Below, in pieces: positions 62,720 through 64,000 of a DNA stretch of 64,000 nt (its first letter is position 1; each line of letters begins with the position of its first letter). The position numbers and the translations under genes are program-made. The notes beneath the pieces were generated by a model. The model made no database searches and was not told the DNA's origin. It saw only the letters and a list, made by a program, of their open reading frames with translations. This DNA comes from Candidatus Wallbacteria bacterium GWC2_49_35 (GTDB lineage Bacteria; Muiribacteriota; UBA9980). The stretch is from the NCBI GenBank assembly GCA_001791795.1, contig MGFH01000157.1, positions 383 to 64,382 on the forward strand. Direction: 5' to 3'.

Positions 62720-63610
62720 ATGAAACGTTTTCTGATTCTCACGTCAACCCTTTTCATCGTGTTATCCTTCTTTTCAACGGCATTCGCCCTCAATTCAGAC
62801 GAAGACATTACCATTTATGAATCGCGCATCGCCAATCAGATTATCAGCAAATACTGGCAGGCTATCGATATCATCTATATCATCGAAGGCAAGGCCGAAC
62901 AGTGCGATAACCTCGTGTGCCAGTACAAACAGCTGGTTAACCAGATAAACTCCCTCTCAGACGAGCTTTCAGCTCATATCATCTCGAAGATGAATAAAAA
63001 GAATTTCGGGCCCCTCAGAAATTTCAGCAATTTCTATAAATGCAAACAGAGCTATGAAAGAATTCCCCTCTACAGCATTTGCGATCCCGTCATAAAAAAA
63101 ATTAAGGAAGATCTCGCGTCCACCGGTAAATCTTCAATATTCTCATCCGCCGATGATTTCGCGGCTGAATATTTCCCCGGCTACGGATACGCCGAGCCCG
63201 GCTTCGAATACCGCCGCGGTAAAGAAATCGAATCCCAGTTCCTTCACGCATACTGGCAGGAAGAAGAAAAGATAATCGAAACCGCTCAGCACTTCGAAGG
63301 TACCATCGATTTTAAACTCGCCGCCGAATTAAAGGTTAATCCGAACCTGACCGGCTATCGCGAACATGGCGAGCCTTTCAAAATAGATATTGGCGGCCAC
63401 ATCGTCGTCGTTATTAAAGTCAGCTTCGACACCCACATGAGACTCACCACCCGCTCGAAGAAAAAATATGCCGCCACTAAAGTGTGGTTCGAACTTTCAA
63501 AACGTAAAAAATCCATTATATCTTCCACTCCTTGGGAAGTCTGCGGTAAAACGTTTGAAATGCACGATTTCTACACTAACGAAGAAGTAATATCCGAAGT
63601 TAAATTTTAA
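62720..63610 (+). CDS. secreted hypothetical protein (paralog A)
   Basis: Signal peptide MKRFLILTSTLFIVLSFFSTAFA. Shares an N-terminal module with the next gene: YWQAIDIIYIIEG...QCDNLVCQYKQLVNQINSLSDELSAHIISKM. Confidence 0.65.
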   Translation: MKRFLILTSTLFIVLSFFSTAFALNSDEDITIYESRIANQIISKYWQAIDIIYIIEGKAEQCDNLVCQYKQLVNQINSLSDELSAHIISKMNKKNFGPLRNFSNFYKCKQSYERIPLYSICDPVIKKIKEDLASTGKSSIFSSADDFAAEYFPGYGYAEPGFEYRRGKEIESQFLHAYWQEEEKIIETAQHFEGTIDFKLAAELKVNPNLTGYREHGEPFKIDIGGHIVVVIKVSFDTHMRLTTRSKKKYAATKVWFELSKRKKSIISSTPWEVCGKTFEMHDFYTNEEVISEVKF

Positions 63611-63625
63611 GGCGCCGTTTTAATA

Positions 63626-64000
63626 ATGAATTTAATCCCCAAAATTAAAACCAATATAATTATCCTTTGCGTTACGCTTTTCATAGCCGCCGCCGCGATC
63701 ATAATCGCTCCGGCGGCCGTGAATGCGGCTTCGATACGCGAATTCGATGAAGCTGTCGACTCTAATTTCAAAAACTGCGTCATCATCCAGAAATCATACG
63801 CGCTGCTCACCGTTTACTGGCAGAGCCTCGAGATCCTTAACCAGATCAAAGACGCCGCACATGAACCAAGCGACGATCAGTGCGCGCAGCTCCAGGAAAA
63901 ATACAACAGCCTCTGCGCCGATATGAATAAGACCGCCGACGATATATCCAACCTTATCATCTCTGATCTCGAAAACCATAAAGACATCCGCGCGCTTAAA
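63626..64000 (+). CDS. secreted hypothetical protein (paralog B), 3' end cut by window edge
   Basis: Not in the ORF track because it has no stop in the window. The ATG at 63626 opens 125 codons to the window end. Signal NIIILCVTLFIAAAAIIIAPAAVNA. Sequence YWQSLEILNQIKD...QCAQLQEKYNSLCADMNKTADDISNLIISDL parallels paralog A. Confidence 0.6.
   Translation, partial: MNLIPKIKTNIIILCVTLFIAAAAIIIAPAAVNAASIREFDEAVDSNFKNCVIIQKSYALLTVYWQSLEILNQIKDAAHEPSDDQCAQLQEKYNSLCADMNKTADDISNLIISDLENHKDIRALK

Noticed and set aside
1-64000. Search for CRISPR arrays, tRNA/rRNA/tmRNA/SRP RNA genes, transposases, integrases, toxin-antitoxin pairs or known defence systems
   Set aside because: None was recognised by eye in any intergenic region or ORF. 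The absence should be confirmed with tRNAscan-SE, Infernal, CRISPR detection tools and defence-system finders.

Overview
This 64-kb window looks like chromosomal DNA from an uncultured-type diderm bacterium. The diderm call rests on an LptF/G permease and a beta-barrel protein ending in Phe. I call about 58 protein-coding genes, tightly packed. Intergenic regions are AT-rich and carry several near-consensus sigma70 promoters (TTGACA-17-TATAAT). I found no rRNA, tRNA, CRISPR array, transposase, integrase or phage gene. Housekeeping content includes glycogen metabolism (glgX, glgA, phosphoglucomutase, and a CBM20-like esterase). It also includes prfA-prmC-tsaC-nadB, ybaB-recR, an ABC-F ATPase, pfk, hutI, cca, fabK, elbB, pepF, PNP, coaE and rlmD. 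Five things stand out. (1) A type IV pilus / T2SS-like locus (pilC-pilB-pilM-N-O plus four pseudopilins) at 17.3-24.9 kb, with a second orphan pilC at 7.7 kb. That pilC appears co-transcribed with glgX, a 1333-aa repeat-rich lipoprotein and an FHA-GAF-cyclase. (2) Directly downstream of the pilins, under its own promoter, lie four tandem, translationally coupled B12-binding radical-SAM paralogs plus a polytopic membrane protein (25.0-32.6 kb). No substrate is evident; this is my best candidate for an undescribed system. (3) Two families of small non-coding repeats: heptamer tandem arrays (YAGTGRA)n placed right after stop codons, and GC-rich REP-like palindromes sharing exact 12-13-nt cores. 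(4) A 750-bp hairpin-rich non-coding island between convergent genes. (5) A decayed response-regulator remnant, a polyprenyl-synthase-like protein with degenerate catalytic motifs, and two apparently leaderless transcripts. Functional calls rest on motifs read by eye. No database search or computation was run.
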